Origin: Scyliorhinus canicula
Lineage: Eukaryota
DNA: 64,000 bases
Reading direction: 5' to 3'
Assembly (NCBI RefSeq): GCF_902713615.1
Contig: NC_052159.1
Coordinates: forward strand, 64,208,520 to 64,272,519
Below, in pieces: positions 1-11,456 of this stretch. The stretch's first letter is position 1. Each line of letters begins with the position of its first letter. Under the pieces are notes generated by a model that was given only the letters and a program-made list of their open reading frames with translations, did not search any database and was not told where the DNA came from. The translations under genes were made by a program, and so were the position numbers.

Positions 1-298
1 AACATCTCCTCTAAACTTTGCCCCATGGACCTTAAACATATGCCCTCCAGTGACTGACCACTCCAACCTCTATCAGGTCACCCCTCATCCTCCATCTTTC
101 AAATAAAAACAGCCTGAGTCTATTCAGCCTCTCCGCATAGCTGACACACTCCAGACCAGGCCTCGATCTAGTTAGTGAGGCATTACCTCCCCTTCATAAA
201 ACCATGCTGTTTATTGCTAATGAGTCCATTTGTTTCCAAATGGGTATAAATCCTGTCCCTAAGAATTCTCTCCAATAATTTACCTACTAGCGACGTTA
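1..298 (-). mobile_element. CR1 LINE ORF2 fragments
   Basis: Reverse strand resembles the CR1 ORF2 C-terminal region seen intact at 4086-4850, plus an RT-region piece. Confidence 0.65.
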
Positions 299-339
299 TT
301 ATTACTATTATTACTAACAATGTAACTATTCCACCTATG

Positions 340-1107
340 CATGTTGAAGGCCAGGAATACGTTGAGCATTTTCATACCTTGGAAGCAACTCCTCTCAAAA
401 GGCCACCATTTATGAGGAGCATTTGATAACAAGAATCTCTGCAAGACAACAGAAGTCGCAGTGTACAGAGCAGTTGTTGTCACAGCAATCCTGTACTGCA
501 GCAAGACCTGGACTGTGTATCAGTGACACATGAGAGTGCTAGAGAAACTTAATTAGCAATGCCTCTGCCACCATCTCAGGCTTCAATGGGAGAACTGTCA
601 AATAAATGCCTGTGTCCTTCTGTCAGCCATCTCCACAAACAATCAGGCAAATCTCCTGCAAAATCAACATTCATGGACTGAACTCTGCGTTCTGATGGTT
701 AAAGGATCTTTCCCCACCAGTTCCAGTTTTCTCAACTCTTAAATGGCTAACTTTCCAGGGGAAGACAAAGGAAAAACGTCAAAGTCATCCTGAAGCTCTC
801 CGAGATGCACAGCAGCATGGCATCAATGACTGGGAGGAGCTTGGTCCCAATTGGTCAGAATGGTGACAGCCAAGCTGCATCATGCTTCAAGTCCAAACAC
901 CTCAATGATGAGGCAGAGCAACAGTGGAGAAGGAAAGATAAGGAAGCAAATCCTATGCTGCAGATCTCACTACCTTTGGGGTGTGCTGCCCTACGATCTG
1001 CGGGTCAAGAATCAGCCTGCTCAGTCATATATGAAGACCCATGACAGAAACACGCAAACTTGAGGAGACGTCATCTTCAAATCGAGGGGCAGTCTACAAT
1101 GATGATA
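340..1107 (+). mobile_element. RTE-clade LINE, decayed 3' portion
   Basis: Translates to VAVYRAVVVTAILYCSKTWTVY and SRGRQRKNVKVILK...NDWEEL, typical of the RTE C-terminus; ends in gtcatcttcaaatcgaggggcagtctacaatgatgat, an RTE-like 3' end. Confidence 0.75.
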
Positions 1108-1711
1108 TATCACAGATTTAACACAAATTCCAATTTTAAATGGCAAGGATAAAGTGTTTCCAGCTGCTGAAAACAGGTCCACTGTTTGCCTGTCTTACTG
1201 GGCCCCAGCAGCTTTACTTTGGTGGCTTTGGTGTTTGCAAGAGGGCCACAGTTCAAGAGCCCTGAGGCACTCGCATTGGTTTCACACAGAAGTACAGATC
1301 TGTAGTTCATTAGATAGATGGTTATTTGTGTAAGTAGCTTGACAAATGCGCAGTGACGTTATGTAAATAGTCTTCACGAGTGGCAGGAAGTGGCTGCAGT
1401 TGGAGAAGACAGATAGTGCTGGGATCATTTTTCAAACTCAGGCAGCTTGCTGGCCAAGAATACTGCTGAAGAATATGGGTGTAAATGCCTGATTAGTTTC
1501 TTTTCCATGAAATTCGAGCAAGTGAAATTCCTGCCAAAAGTATGATTTTGTAAAATGACTTTTTATTAGTTGCAAGGAGCTTCTTGTGACACATACAAGG
1601 AACAGAAAATTCTGATAATTATATAATATTGCTTCAGAGCTGCCAATGGGGAACACCAAGCAAGGGCTAATATTCTCTCTTTTTATCGTGATGTAACTGA
1701 GAAATGTCTAC

Positions 1712-2805
1712 GGGCATGATTTAACTACTGTGTTGTGCCTGTGGTGGTTTCATAACCGGTACAGGCTTGGAGGGCCGAAGGGCCTGTTCCTGCACTGTAT
1801 TTTCTATATATACATAGAACAGTACAGCACAGAACAGGCCCTTCAGCCCTCGATGTTGTGCCGAACAATGATCACCCTACTTTAAACCCACGTAACCCGT
1901 ATACCCGTAACCCAACAATCCCCCCATTAACCTTACACTACGGGCAATTTAGCATGGCCAATCCACCTAACCCGCACATCTTTGGACTGTGGGAGGAAAC
2001 CGGAGCACCCGGAGGAAACCCACGCACACACAGGGAGGACGTGCAGACTCCACACAGACAGTGACCCAGCCGGGAATCGAACCTGGGACCCTGGAGCTGT
2101 GAAGCATTGATGCTAACCACCATGCTACCGTGAGGCCTGTTCTTTGGTGTGGATCTGGGCCCACCCGTTAAATAGGGCGAAAGGCTAAAATTGAGATTCG
2201 TGAATCAGTTTGCTATCTGACCGGCCCGCTCCCAATGGTGAGTTCTAGATCTCGCCCAAATAGGGCAAGCATATCATTAACCCTAATTTGCATTAATTTC
2301 CACCTCATTAGCGAGATTGAAGTTGAATGTAACGGCCTCCCGGAAATTAACCGGCTCCCCCGCGAATCACGTGGGCGTCATTTTTACCCCTTTTTAAAAA
2401 CTTGAAGCTGGCACATTGGCGGTATTGGTGGCCCTGTTGCTGGCCCCTCTGACCCCCTCCGGGGAACAGGATGTACCATCTCTCATTCGCAAGGTCAAGA
2501 AGCCTGTTCAGGTTGGTGCCTACAAAGCGAGGAGCAGTTCTGCGCGCTGCCATGCTTGTAGGTTGACTGGGAGTGGTGAAGGAGCGTTTAAAAGCAGCTC
2601 TTCATTGTTAGTGGTGAGATGCTGAGGCACGAGTCCGGCAAATCAGACGTCGAGATAGCCAGCAATGGTGAGATGCTCATGGGACTCATTTTTGGCACTA
2701 ATTGCTATTAAATACGGGTCGCGAGCTTGCTGACCCGGTCGTCAGAAACACTCCGCCAATCAAGCCCAAAATGACACTTTGAAATGTTTCCATTAAATTG
2801 CGCTC
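1712..2805 (-). mobile_element. Non-autonomous Harbinger derivative carrying the start of the Myb/SANT gene, interrupted by a SINE
   Basis: TIR-like ends gggcatgatttaa / ttaaattgcgctc; ORF 2347-2553(-) MAARRTAPRFVGTNLNRLLDLANERWYILFP is homologous to the Myb exon at about 32700. Confidence 0.65.
1813..2132 (-). mobile_element. V-SINE (HE1-like) with CR1-type tail
   Basis: tRNA-like head with B box GGTTCGATTCC, V domain TGTGTGGAGTCTGCACG...GGGTTTCCTCCGGGTGCTCCGG, tail ending TTCTATG. Confidence 0.9.
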
Positions 2806-5095
2806 CTTCTCGGAGGAACTTCTGGTGACAGCAAGAGGGAGGCAGCCGCACGTTGGAGGGCTCCCACTTGGAAATAGAATTTTCGGGGTTTTAATGCCCA
2901 GTCCCAGGGTCAGCGGAGGCTGAAAAAGTTGTAGGAAGGCACAGTGAGGAGAAATGCCTTAGTCTGCGAAAAAAACAGCCGTGAAAAAGGGGGCTAATGA
3001 AAGTCCGCCAGTGAGTGAAAAAGTCGGCGTGGGAACTGTAAGGAAAGTGGAGGCTGGGGCGCCAGGGGAGGCCGCATTGCTCATGGCAGAAGCAATGACC
3101 AAGGTGATGGCCGAGGAACTTGAATGACAGTTCACAAAGCACATGGAAGCGATGAAGAAAGAGATGGGAGAGGTATTGAAAGTGCTGGTGGAGGAGGCGA
3201 TTGCCCCGGTGAGGGCGGTGGTATCGAGCGCAGTGGCGGAGGTGCGGGAGCAAGGTGAGACACTGAAGGAAGTGGAAGAAGCATTATCGCAGCACAGTGA
3301 TCAACTCACCCTGGTGGGGAAGGAGCTGCGGAGGGTGAAACATACCATCAAGGGTCTGCGAGCCAAAATGAAAGACCTGGAAAACAGATCCAGGTTGCAG
3401 AATCTGAGGATTGTGGGTCTGCCCGAAGGGGTGGAAGGCCCGAGGCCAACGGAATATTTTGCCACGATGTTGGCGGAGCTATTGGGGGAGGGGATGACCC
3501 CCCTCGATACGAATTGGATCGGGCTCATATGTAGTGGAGGCCTATACCAAAGGTGAGTGAGCCGCCAAGAGTAGTGACTGTTTGTTTCCGTAGGTACAGC
3601 GTGAAGGAGAAAGTCCTATGCTGGGCAAAGCAGAAGCCGGTGATGCAGTGGGCTGGAGTTGATATACGCATATACCAGGACTTTAAGGTGGAGTTGGCGA
3701 AGAGACGGGCGGCCTTCGGCCAGGTGAAGTAGGCACTGTACAACACCAAGGTGCCATGCAGCATAGTGTATCCAGCTAAGTTGAGGGTGACCTACAAATC
3801 CAAGGACTTTTATTTTAGGATGGCGGAAGCAGGAGGGGTTTGCGAAGGCGGAAGGACTGTGGCAAAACTGAGAAATGGGACTAAGAGCTGGTCTCGTACT
3901 GATGTAGCCTCATGTAACTTTATTTTTTCACTATGTGTTGATGTATGTACTAAATGACTTGATACTGTATATTTGGACAAGAACATAAGAACATAAGAAC
4001 ATAAGAACTAGGAGTAGGAGTAGGCCATCTGGCCCCTCGAGCCTGCTCCACCATTCAATTAGATCATGGCTGATCTTTTGTGGACTCAGCTCCACTTTCC
4101 GGCCCGAACACCATAACCCTTAATCCCTTTATTCTTCAAAAAACTATCTATCTTTACCTTAAAAACATGTAATGAAGGAGCCTCAACTGCTTCACTGGGC
4201 AAGGAATTCCATAGATTCACAACCCTTTGGGTGAAGAAGTTCCTCCTAAACTCAGTTCTAAATCTACTTCCCCTTATTTTGAGGCTATGCCCCCTAGTTC
4301 TGCTGTCACCCACCAGTGGAAACAACCTGCCCGCATCTATCCTATCTATTCCCTTCATAATTTTAAATGTTTCTATAAGATCCCCCCTCATCCTTCTAAA
4401 TTCCAACGAGTACAGTCCCAGTCTACTCAACCTCTCCTCATAATCCAACCCCTTCAGCTCTGGGATTAACCTAGTGAATCTCCTCTGCACACCCTCCAGC
4501 GCCAGTACGTCCTTTCTCAAGTAAGGAGACCAAAACTGAACACAATACTCCAGGTGTGGCCGCACTAACACCTTATACAATTGCAACATAACCTCCCTAG
4601 TCTTAAACTCCATCCCTCTAGCAATGAAGGACAAAATTCCATTTGCCTTCTTAATCACCTGTTGCACTTGTAAACCAACCTTCTGTGACTCATGCACTAG
4701 CACACCCAAGTCTCTCTGAACAGCGGCATGCTTTAATATTTTATCGTTTAAATAATAATCCCGTTTGCTGTTATTTCTACCAAAATGGATAACCTCACAT
4801 TTGTCAACATTGTATTCCATCTGCCAGACCCGAGCCCATTCACTTAACCTATCCAATTGCAACATAACCTCCCTAGTCTTAAACTCCATCCTTGGGACTT
4901 TCATTTGCAATGATGGTTCTTTGGGCCTTGGGTGTGTCTGCTGAGTGTGTCAAAGGGGATTCCTTTGTTTCCCTGGGGCCGGGCAGGGGGGAAGGAGACC
5001 CGGGCGGGGGCCTCCACACTGGTCGGTTTAAGCTGGTCAGTCAACGGGAGTGAGGTGGGAGGAGGGGCTGCGGCCATCTGAGCCTGGTAGAAGCA
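2806..5095 (+). mobile_element. L1-clade LINE 5' part (5' UTR, frameshifted ORF1, inter-ORF region), split by a CR1
   Basis: ORF 3143-3556 coiled coil plus DLENRSRLQNLRIVGLPEGVEG; downstream frames give ELDRAH, IRIYQDF and IVYPAKLRVTY, hallmarks of L1 ORF1p. Confidence 0.88.
3979..4891 (-). mobile_element. Young 5'-truncated CR1 LINE (intact ORF2 C-terminus, 3' UTR, (ATGTTCTT)n tail)
   Basis: ORF 4086-4910(-) contains WQMEYNVDKC, RDLGVLV, LYKVLVRPHLEYCVQFWSP and RRNFFTQRVVNLWNSLP; three copies of the 8-bp tail repeat at 3979-4008. Confidence 0.96.
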
Positions 5096-5274
5096 ATGCC
5101 AACATTCAACGAACAAATAAAAATGCTTCACTATTTTCAGCAGAGTGACATGGTAAATTGTAACCGTAGCCTAGGCACGTCAATGGCAACTCACAGGATG
5201 GACATTTCTTCAGCATTAAATTATTGGAGCTATCTCAGGACAGGACCCAAATTCTTGTATTATGTCTCCTGCAT

Positions 5275-5629
5275 TGTAATGATATGTATATGGACTGGGA
5301 TGTAAAAAGTTAACAAGTTAATGATAATGCTTCTTACCACTGGAGGTAACCACAGAGCAGTCATATACATATCATGTGACTTGGGAATTCTGGGAGTTAA
5401 GAATTGGGAGTTAGAAGGAGTGAGAAGAGTGTCAGGCGTAGCGTGCAATTGTGTACTCGAGAGTTCTGTTCGTTAGAGATAGCATAGTTTAGTATAGAAA
5501 CCTTCTACTTTAGGAATGTGAACGAATCTTAGTAGTGTGATAAATTTATAGTTTTGTTTATTAACAAAGCTTTGTGTTCTTTATTCAACACTACGCATCC
5601 AAGCCATCCACGTAAAGCAGAACACAACA
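5275..5629 (+). mobile_element. Solo LTR (Gypsy-type)
   Basis: TG...CA ends; flanks tgcat/tacat (5-bp TSD with one mismatch); layout similar to the LTR at 58841. Confidence 0.75.
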
Positions 5630-6301
5630 TACATCATTGTAAGCTCTTACTAGCTAAACCTTAATTTACTGCCAAACATAATAAAATGACATTAATTTTC
5701 ACAACGGATAAAATGGTAACACCAGATTGTATATCTGTGTGCAAAGTGCTGCATAAATAACAGTTGAAATCATTATTATTTGGTGAAACAACTTCAATAT
5801 GTACAACACTCTGGGAGCAGGACTGACAGCCCAAGAGAACATACTTTCTAAACATAGAGCACATCTTGTTACATTGTGCATATAATGAGAGTGCTAACTG
5901 GAACACCTTAATATGTGGCTTGGGGTAGTTTGTTCCAGGTACAAGTCAATTTTTGTCATTAGCATAATTACCTACAGCAAAACAGTGAAACAACTAGGGT
6001 GATCACTGGGTTTGGTAATAGCTTTTGAATATAGTGTATATATATGGTTCATAATGTTTAAATGATGATTGCACATCTTCATATGAAAGAATATTTCAGA
6101 AATGTAATAGCATAATAAACCATTTAGCCGAATTGCTGAGATCGAATAAAATTGTGATGCATTTGTCAAAAGAAAGTATTTTTGTTTGCAAGTCTGGAAA
6201 GCCTGCAAAAGGTATCAATGAGCACTTTCTGAACCAACTACCCAAAACAAGCACTTCTAATAGCAAAACAAAACTTACTTTCTTTAAATCTTCTTTTATA
6301 G

Positions 6302-6516
6302 CTGACTTGAACAGAATGAATAGTGATGTTAGACGCTACAGCTGTACACCAAGGAACTACTCTGTTAATCTTCGAGAAGAGCTCAGACAGACGAATGCAG
6401 TCTTCTTCCCTCGCTGCCTCCTTGTTCACCGTTGTGGGGGAAACTGTGCCTGTGGCACTGAACACTGGCGATCCTGCAACTGCATGTCAGCCAAAACTGT
6501 TATGAAATATCATGAG
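6302..6516 (+). CDS. PDGFD: PDGF-D penultimate coding exon (N-terminal part of the PDGF/VEGF cystine-knot domain)
   Basis: Translates to (A)DLNRMNSDVRRYSCTPRNYSVNLREELRQTNAVFFPRCLLVHRCGGNCACGTEHWRSCNCMSAKTVMKYHE, closely matching PDGF-D (RYSCTPRNYSVN, FFPRCLLV, CGGNCxCG, WRSCxC). Pyrimidine tract and AG acceptor at 6300-6301; GT donor at 6517; 215 bp. Confidence 0.96.
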
Positions 6517-6669
6517 GTATTTGTCATTAAACTTTCCATACCTGAGACTGTGATATAATATGATTGTTCCAAAAAATGTCAGATACACGTCAGCACTAAA
6601 AGTGTGCAACATCCCTTGTTATTTTTTACCTTTGAAAATGTCATATTCGGGGTTTTTAAAGATGGAAGA

Positions 6670-7720
6670 ATAGCTGAAATAAAAACAAAATATTCTGAAA
6701 ATAGTCAGCAGATGAGCCAGCATCGGTGGAGGGAGGAGCAGATGTAAGGGCCAGGATTTTACAGGGTGGTGGTTGTCCCATCCTCTGGCCTGTTACTCAG
6801 GGGCACCAAACTTTGGGTTCTCAAGCCAGGTTTTACATTGATGAGACATTACTGCCTGGCATCAGGGCTCTCATACCTTTAGGGAGGAGATTCCACCTCC
6901 AAGACCTGCTGGTCGATTTAAGGGCTGGTAGCTCGTCAGTCCCAGGCAGCAGTGCCACCAGGAGAGGTGACCACTGTTGGGACTGCACCCTGCCAGGAAC
7001 AACATCATGGACAGCACCCTGGCTCCAAGGTAGGTGGGGTCAAGGCCACCAGGGTCAGTCAGGCAGACTCCAGAAGGGAGGAGTGGTTGGTGAGGGGTGG
7101 GGGGGGGGGGGGGGGGGGAGAGGGGGGGTGGGGGGGGGGGGGGGGTGGAATTACAGCCTGGCATTGCTTGCAGCGAGAATCCCTCCACGAGCCACAAGGT
7201 GCCTGACCAGTAGGCCCCCATCCTGGAGCCTGCAAAGATGCCCCCAGAGTACACCTGTCGGTCTGCCATATGGTAGAGGCCTCCCTCACCACTGGTAAAA
7301 TGCCAGAAGCAAAAAACAAGGACCTTTAACTATCCCTTAATTAGCCACGTTAGGACCTCAATTGACATTTGAGCAGGAGAGCAGTCAGTACCTTGCCACC
7401 ACTGGTAAACTGCCTGCAGAAATGGGAAGGTGACAGGCATGCCATCTCCACCCACTTCTCTCCCAGCTGCCATCCCAGCCAACATTTCAAGGCAATCACC
7501 TTTGCTCAGAATGGGAAAAGATTAGAGATATGCGGGTTTAAGCAAGTACAGAGGCAGGGAAAAGGAGAGGGAAGAACAAAAGGACACTTTGGGGGCAAGT
7601 TGGAAGGCAGGGAGATTAAGTGACAATACAGATGATAGTGCAAGGGAAAAGGAGGTGGTAATGGGACAAGGATAGAAACAAATGATGAGTCCAGAGATGA
7701 CGTAAATTGAAATGTAACAG
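6670..7720. mobile_element. Penelope-like terminal fragment split by a MITE-like insert (about 6748-7500) containing a G-run
   Basis: aaaatattctgaaaatagtcagcagatgagccagcatc... resembles the terminal motif also seen at 13165-13265 and 31190-31290; the insert starts with TIR-like gggccaggatttta. Confidence 0.5.
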
Positions 7721-7721
7721 G

Positions 7722-8014
7722 CTAGTCTCCAGGGAGCAGTCTCAGAGGGTGGATCATCAGACCGGTGAGTATATAAATGACTTATCTCAGGGATTCGTGA
7801 CCCAGTCTCCAAGGAGCAGTCTCAGAGTGTGGAGCATCGGAATGGTGATTATATAGAGTAGCTCACCTTAGGGATTTGCATCCTAGTCTCCAGGTAGCAA
7901 TCTCAGAGTGCGGAGAAGCGGAGCGGTGAGTATATAAAGTAACTTACCTCAGGGATTTGCAGCCTTGTCTCCAGGAAGCAATCTCGGAGGGCGGAACATT
8001 GGAGCGGTGAGTAT
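7722..8014 (+). repeat. Tandem repeat, about 81-bp unit, about 3.6 copies (CR1 5' UTR)
   Basis: Units start at 7722, 7802, 7883 and 7964 (agtctccagg...ggtgagtatataa...cttacctcagggatt). Confidence 0.9.
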
Positions 8015-9630
8015 CGGGGATTCCACTGAAGTTGAAAAGAAAGCTGTGACATGATTGGCTGGTAGGGAATCTATGCTAAATTTGAAATAAAAAACACTGC
8101 AAAACTCATTAAATAATTAATTAACTAAGTAGAGAAGGCCGGGCAGGCGATGTGCTGTAGCTGCATGATGTGGGAGCTGACAAGTCCCATTGCAAGTTGC
8201 AGTGACCACATCTGCAGCAAGTGTTTGTTGCTCCCAATGTTCTGGCTCATGATTGATGAGCTTAAGCCTGAGCTTTGGGACACTGTGAGACATCTGGGAG
8301 GGGGAGAGTTACATGGATCCTTTGTTTCAGGAGGCCGTCACACCCCGTGGATTAATACCTCAATTTGGCAAGTGGTCAGGGACAGCAGGGTGTGACTGTG
8401 AGTGAGGCAGGTAGAGGGATCCTGAATTCAGATATGGAGGAGCCTCAGCTCTTTACCTTGTCCAACGCCTGTGTGCTCCTTGTGTGGATGAGGGAAAGGA
8501 CTGTAGGGAGGATGAGCTAGCTGACCACTGCGCCATGATATAGGAGGCCATTCAAACTGGGAGCTAGAGGCAAGTGATAGTTGTAAGGGATTTTATAATT
8601 GGGGGAACTGATAGCATCCTTTGTAAGCAGGATCGAGAGTCCCGCATGGTATGTTGCCTGCCCGATGAGGGACATCTCTAACTGGCTTGAAAGTGGTCCA
8701 TGTTGGGACAAACAACATAGGCAAGACTAAGAAAGAGGACCTGTTTGGGGATTATCAGGAACTAGGAACAACTAAAGAACAGGTCCTCAAGGGTTAGAAT
8801 CTCTGGATTACTACCCGAACCACATGCAAATTGACATGGGGTGAGGAAATTAGGGAAGTAAACACCTGGCTAAAGGAGTGGTGCAGGAAAGAGAGGTTCC
8901 ATTTCATGGGGCACTGGCATCAGGGGGGATATGTACAGTTGGGTCGGTCTCCACCTGAGATCCACCTGGGATCAGTGGTCTAGCGAAAAGGATAAATAGG
9001 GTGCTCACAAGGACTTCATACTAACAAATGGGAAGAGAAGAGAAAGGTAAAATGACAAGAAATAAAATGGTTAATGGGAACCAAAGCAGCAGGTCAGCAT
9101 GTGAAGAAAAGGTAGAGGTTAATAGTATGAATAGGCAGGGCCAGTGTAATGACTACAGAGGGGAAAGGAAGTTAAGAAGGCAAATGCAATTTTAGCATTC
9201 ATGTCGAGAGAGCTAGAATACAAGAGCAGGAATGTACTTCTGAGGCTGTATAAGTCTATGGTCAGACCCTATTTGGAGTATTGTGAGCAGTTTTGAGCCC
9301 CGTGTGTAAGGAAGGATGTGCTGGCCTTGGAAAGGGTCCAGAGGTTCACAAGAATGATCCCTGGAATGAAGAGCTTGTCGTATGAGGAATGGTTGAGGAC
9401 TCTGAGTCTGTACCCGTTGGAGTTTAGAAGGATGACGGGGGATCTTATTGAAACTTATACTGGATACTGCGTGGCCTGGATAGACTGGACATGGAGAGGA
9501 TGTTTCCACTTGTAGGAAAAACTAGAATCAGAGAACACAATCTCAGACTGAATGGACGATCCTTTAAAACTGAGTTGAGGAGGAATTTCTTCTGCCAGAG
9601 GGTGGTGAATCTGTGTAACCCTTTGCCGCA
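7722..9630 (+). mobile_element. Internally deleted CR1: 5' UTR repeats, decayed ORF1 (zinc finger plus SGNH esterase) and ORF2 C-terminus only
   Basis: CCSCMMWE...HICSKC (8150-8230); RMVCCLP, VHVGTNNIG and ISGLLPEP esterase motifs; jumps at about 9180 to ANAILAF...RPYLEYCEQF. Confidence 0.85.
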
Positions 9631-9639
9631 GAACATAAA

Positions 9640-9830
9640 GAAAATGAAAAAAAAAATGAAATGAAAATCGCTTATTGTCACGAGTAGGCTTCAATGAAGT
9701 TACTGTGAAAAGCCCCTAGTCGCCACATTCCGGCGCCTGTTTGGGGAGGCTGGTACGGGAATTGAACCGTGCTGCTGGCCTGCCTTGGTCTGCTTTAAAA
9801 GCCAGCGATTTAGCCCAGTGTGCTAAATCA
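9640..9830 (-). mobile_element. Short tRNA-derived SINE (family also at 16378-16560 + and 23985-24205 -)
   Basis: Head ggtttagcac...GGTTCAATTCCCG; tail ggggcttttcacagtaacttcatt...gtgacaataa with (TTTCA)n. Confidence 0.85.
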
Positions 9831-11228
9831 GTTAACTTTTTGAGCAAAATGATCTTCAGTGATTTGGCCTCCACAGCAAGCACAGCTCTCACAATGCTCA
9901 ATGAAGGTAGTCCAGAGCCACCATAGTGTCAGAGGAATTCTGGCAATCAAGCTACACCCTGCCTTCATGTATCCCACATCTTAAATACAAGGTGAAGTTA
10001 TGAACCACACAGGAGAATGCGGGTAGATGGCTTCCCTGCTAATCAGAATATCAATAGACCATGATCCGAATTACAGTACAACCAACATTGTACTTCAACT
10101 ACAGTTCTGTACATGTTAGCAGAGGCATGTTACTAGCTGTGCTGCAAAGATCACCTTATTCTCTCCGAAACCATCCTTCCATTACTTATTTCAAATAAGG
10201 ATGACATAAGTGTTTGTCTTAAAATGAAAGCAAATGTGAACCTCTAGAGGAATACGTTTCTTCTCCTATGACCTGCACTTGGCACAGGAAGCTGTAGTGT
10301 AGCAGTGGGTGGCACTTTACTGTACTTCATGCAATGCGTATCACATCATGGCCTACATTTCCGGTACTTGTTCAGCTTTCTTCACCTAGTCCTGTAAATG
10401 GATAATGCACAAAAATCTAAAATATTGAAAACTATTCAACCAACTCATCCTTGAATGAAAAATTTGTGACTTTCTTTTGACACATTTTCATTTATATCTA
10501 TCAAGCCAACAATGTGTTAGTGCTAAAATGTCAATTCATCCTCTTTAAGTGCCCAATTTGCAGGCATGATTGGCCAAACATACAGATTGTGTGTATTTGC
10601 ACTTGAGCTACTAAGCCTCAGTATCAGTGAGTAAGCAATCTACTGCACTTCCAACAACACTGTCTGTTACTTTAAGCTACACTTTCTACTCTGCACATAC
10701 AGTAAACACCGTTGGCATATCATCAGCGGGCCTGACCCGGCATAGATGTAGCTCTTGCGGCAAAGAGAATGAAAGAAGATGGGAAGGAAAGTGAGAACAG
10801 ATTATTGTGTTGGATGATCAGCCATGATCATAACGAATGGCAGCGGAGACTCGAAGGTCCAAATAGCATCCTCCTGCTCCTATTTTTTATGTTTCCATGA
10901 CTCCTTATTTATTAGTGGGCGCATAGATCCAGGCGTCTTACATGCTTTTGACATCATAATCGACCGTTAACCTCATTCAGTCATGTGTACAATATAGTCC
11001 ATATCAACATCTTAATCATCTCACATGATCAAAGTATTGTGCAACCTTGGTGGAGACTGAGGAAACATAAGACATGTGAGTGATACACATGCTGGATATG
11101 ATCTCACTGCCACTTTTAGTTGCAGAGTTGTCGTCCAATAAATAGAAAAGTGTCCCTTCCTTTGGTAATTTCCTGTTATTAACATCTCAAGTCAAGCCTG
11201 GACATTCAGGTCATGACTTTAAGTGCTC

Positions 11229-11456
11229 AAGGCAGCACGGTGGTGCAGTGAATAGCACTGCCGTTTCACGGCACTGAGGTCCCAGGTTCGATCCCGGCTC
11301 TGGGTCACTGTCCATCTGGAGTTTGCACATTCTCCCCGTGTTTGCATGGGTTTCGCCCCACATCCCAAAGATGTGCAGGATAGGTGGATTGGCCATGCTA
11401 AATTGCCCCTTAATTGGAAAAATGAATTGGGTACTCTAAATTTATATTTTAAAAAT
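11229..11456 (+). mobile_element. Short V-SINE subfamily with A/T-rich tail and 15-bp TSD
   Basis: tRNA head, V domain, tail aattgggtactctaaattt; TSD tgactttaagtgctc / tgactttaaatgctc. Confidence 0.9.

Noticed and set aside
1-6300. Upstream PDGFD exons (CUB domain, hinge)
   Set aside because: No matching peptide found; they presumably lie before the window.
6133-6301. N-terminal extension of the 141-aa ORF containing the PDGF domain
   Set aside because: Intronic read-through upstream of the AG acceptor; no PDGF similarity. The same applies to 40315-40581.
6726-7319. Gly/Pro-rich ORFs on both strands
   Set aside because: Produced by a G homopolymer tract within a repeat.
7722-8014. CRISPR-like array
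   Set aside because: Whole units repeat with no unique spacers, there are no cas genes, and the context is vertebrate.
11229-11300. tRNA genes at GGTTCGATCCC/GGTTCGATTCC motifs throughout the window
   Set aside because: All run directly into SINE bodies; they are tRNA-derived heads.
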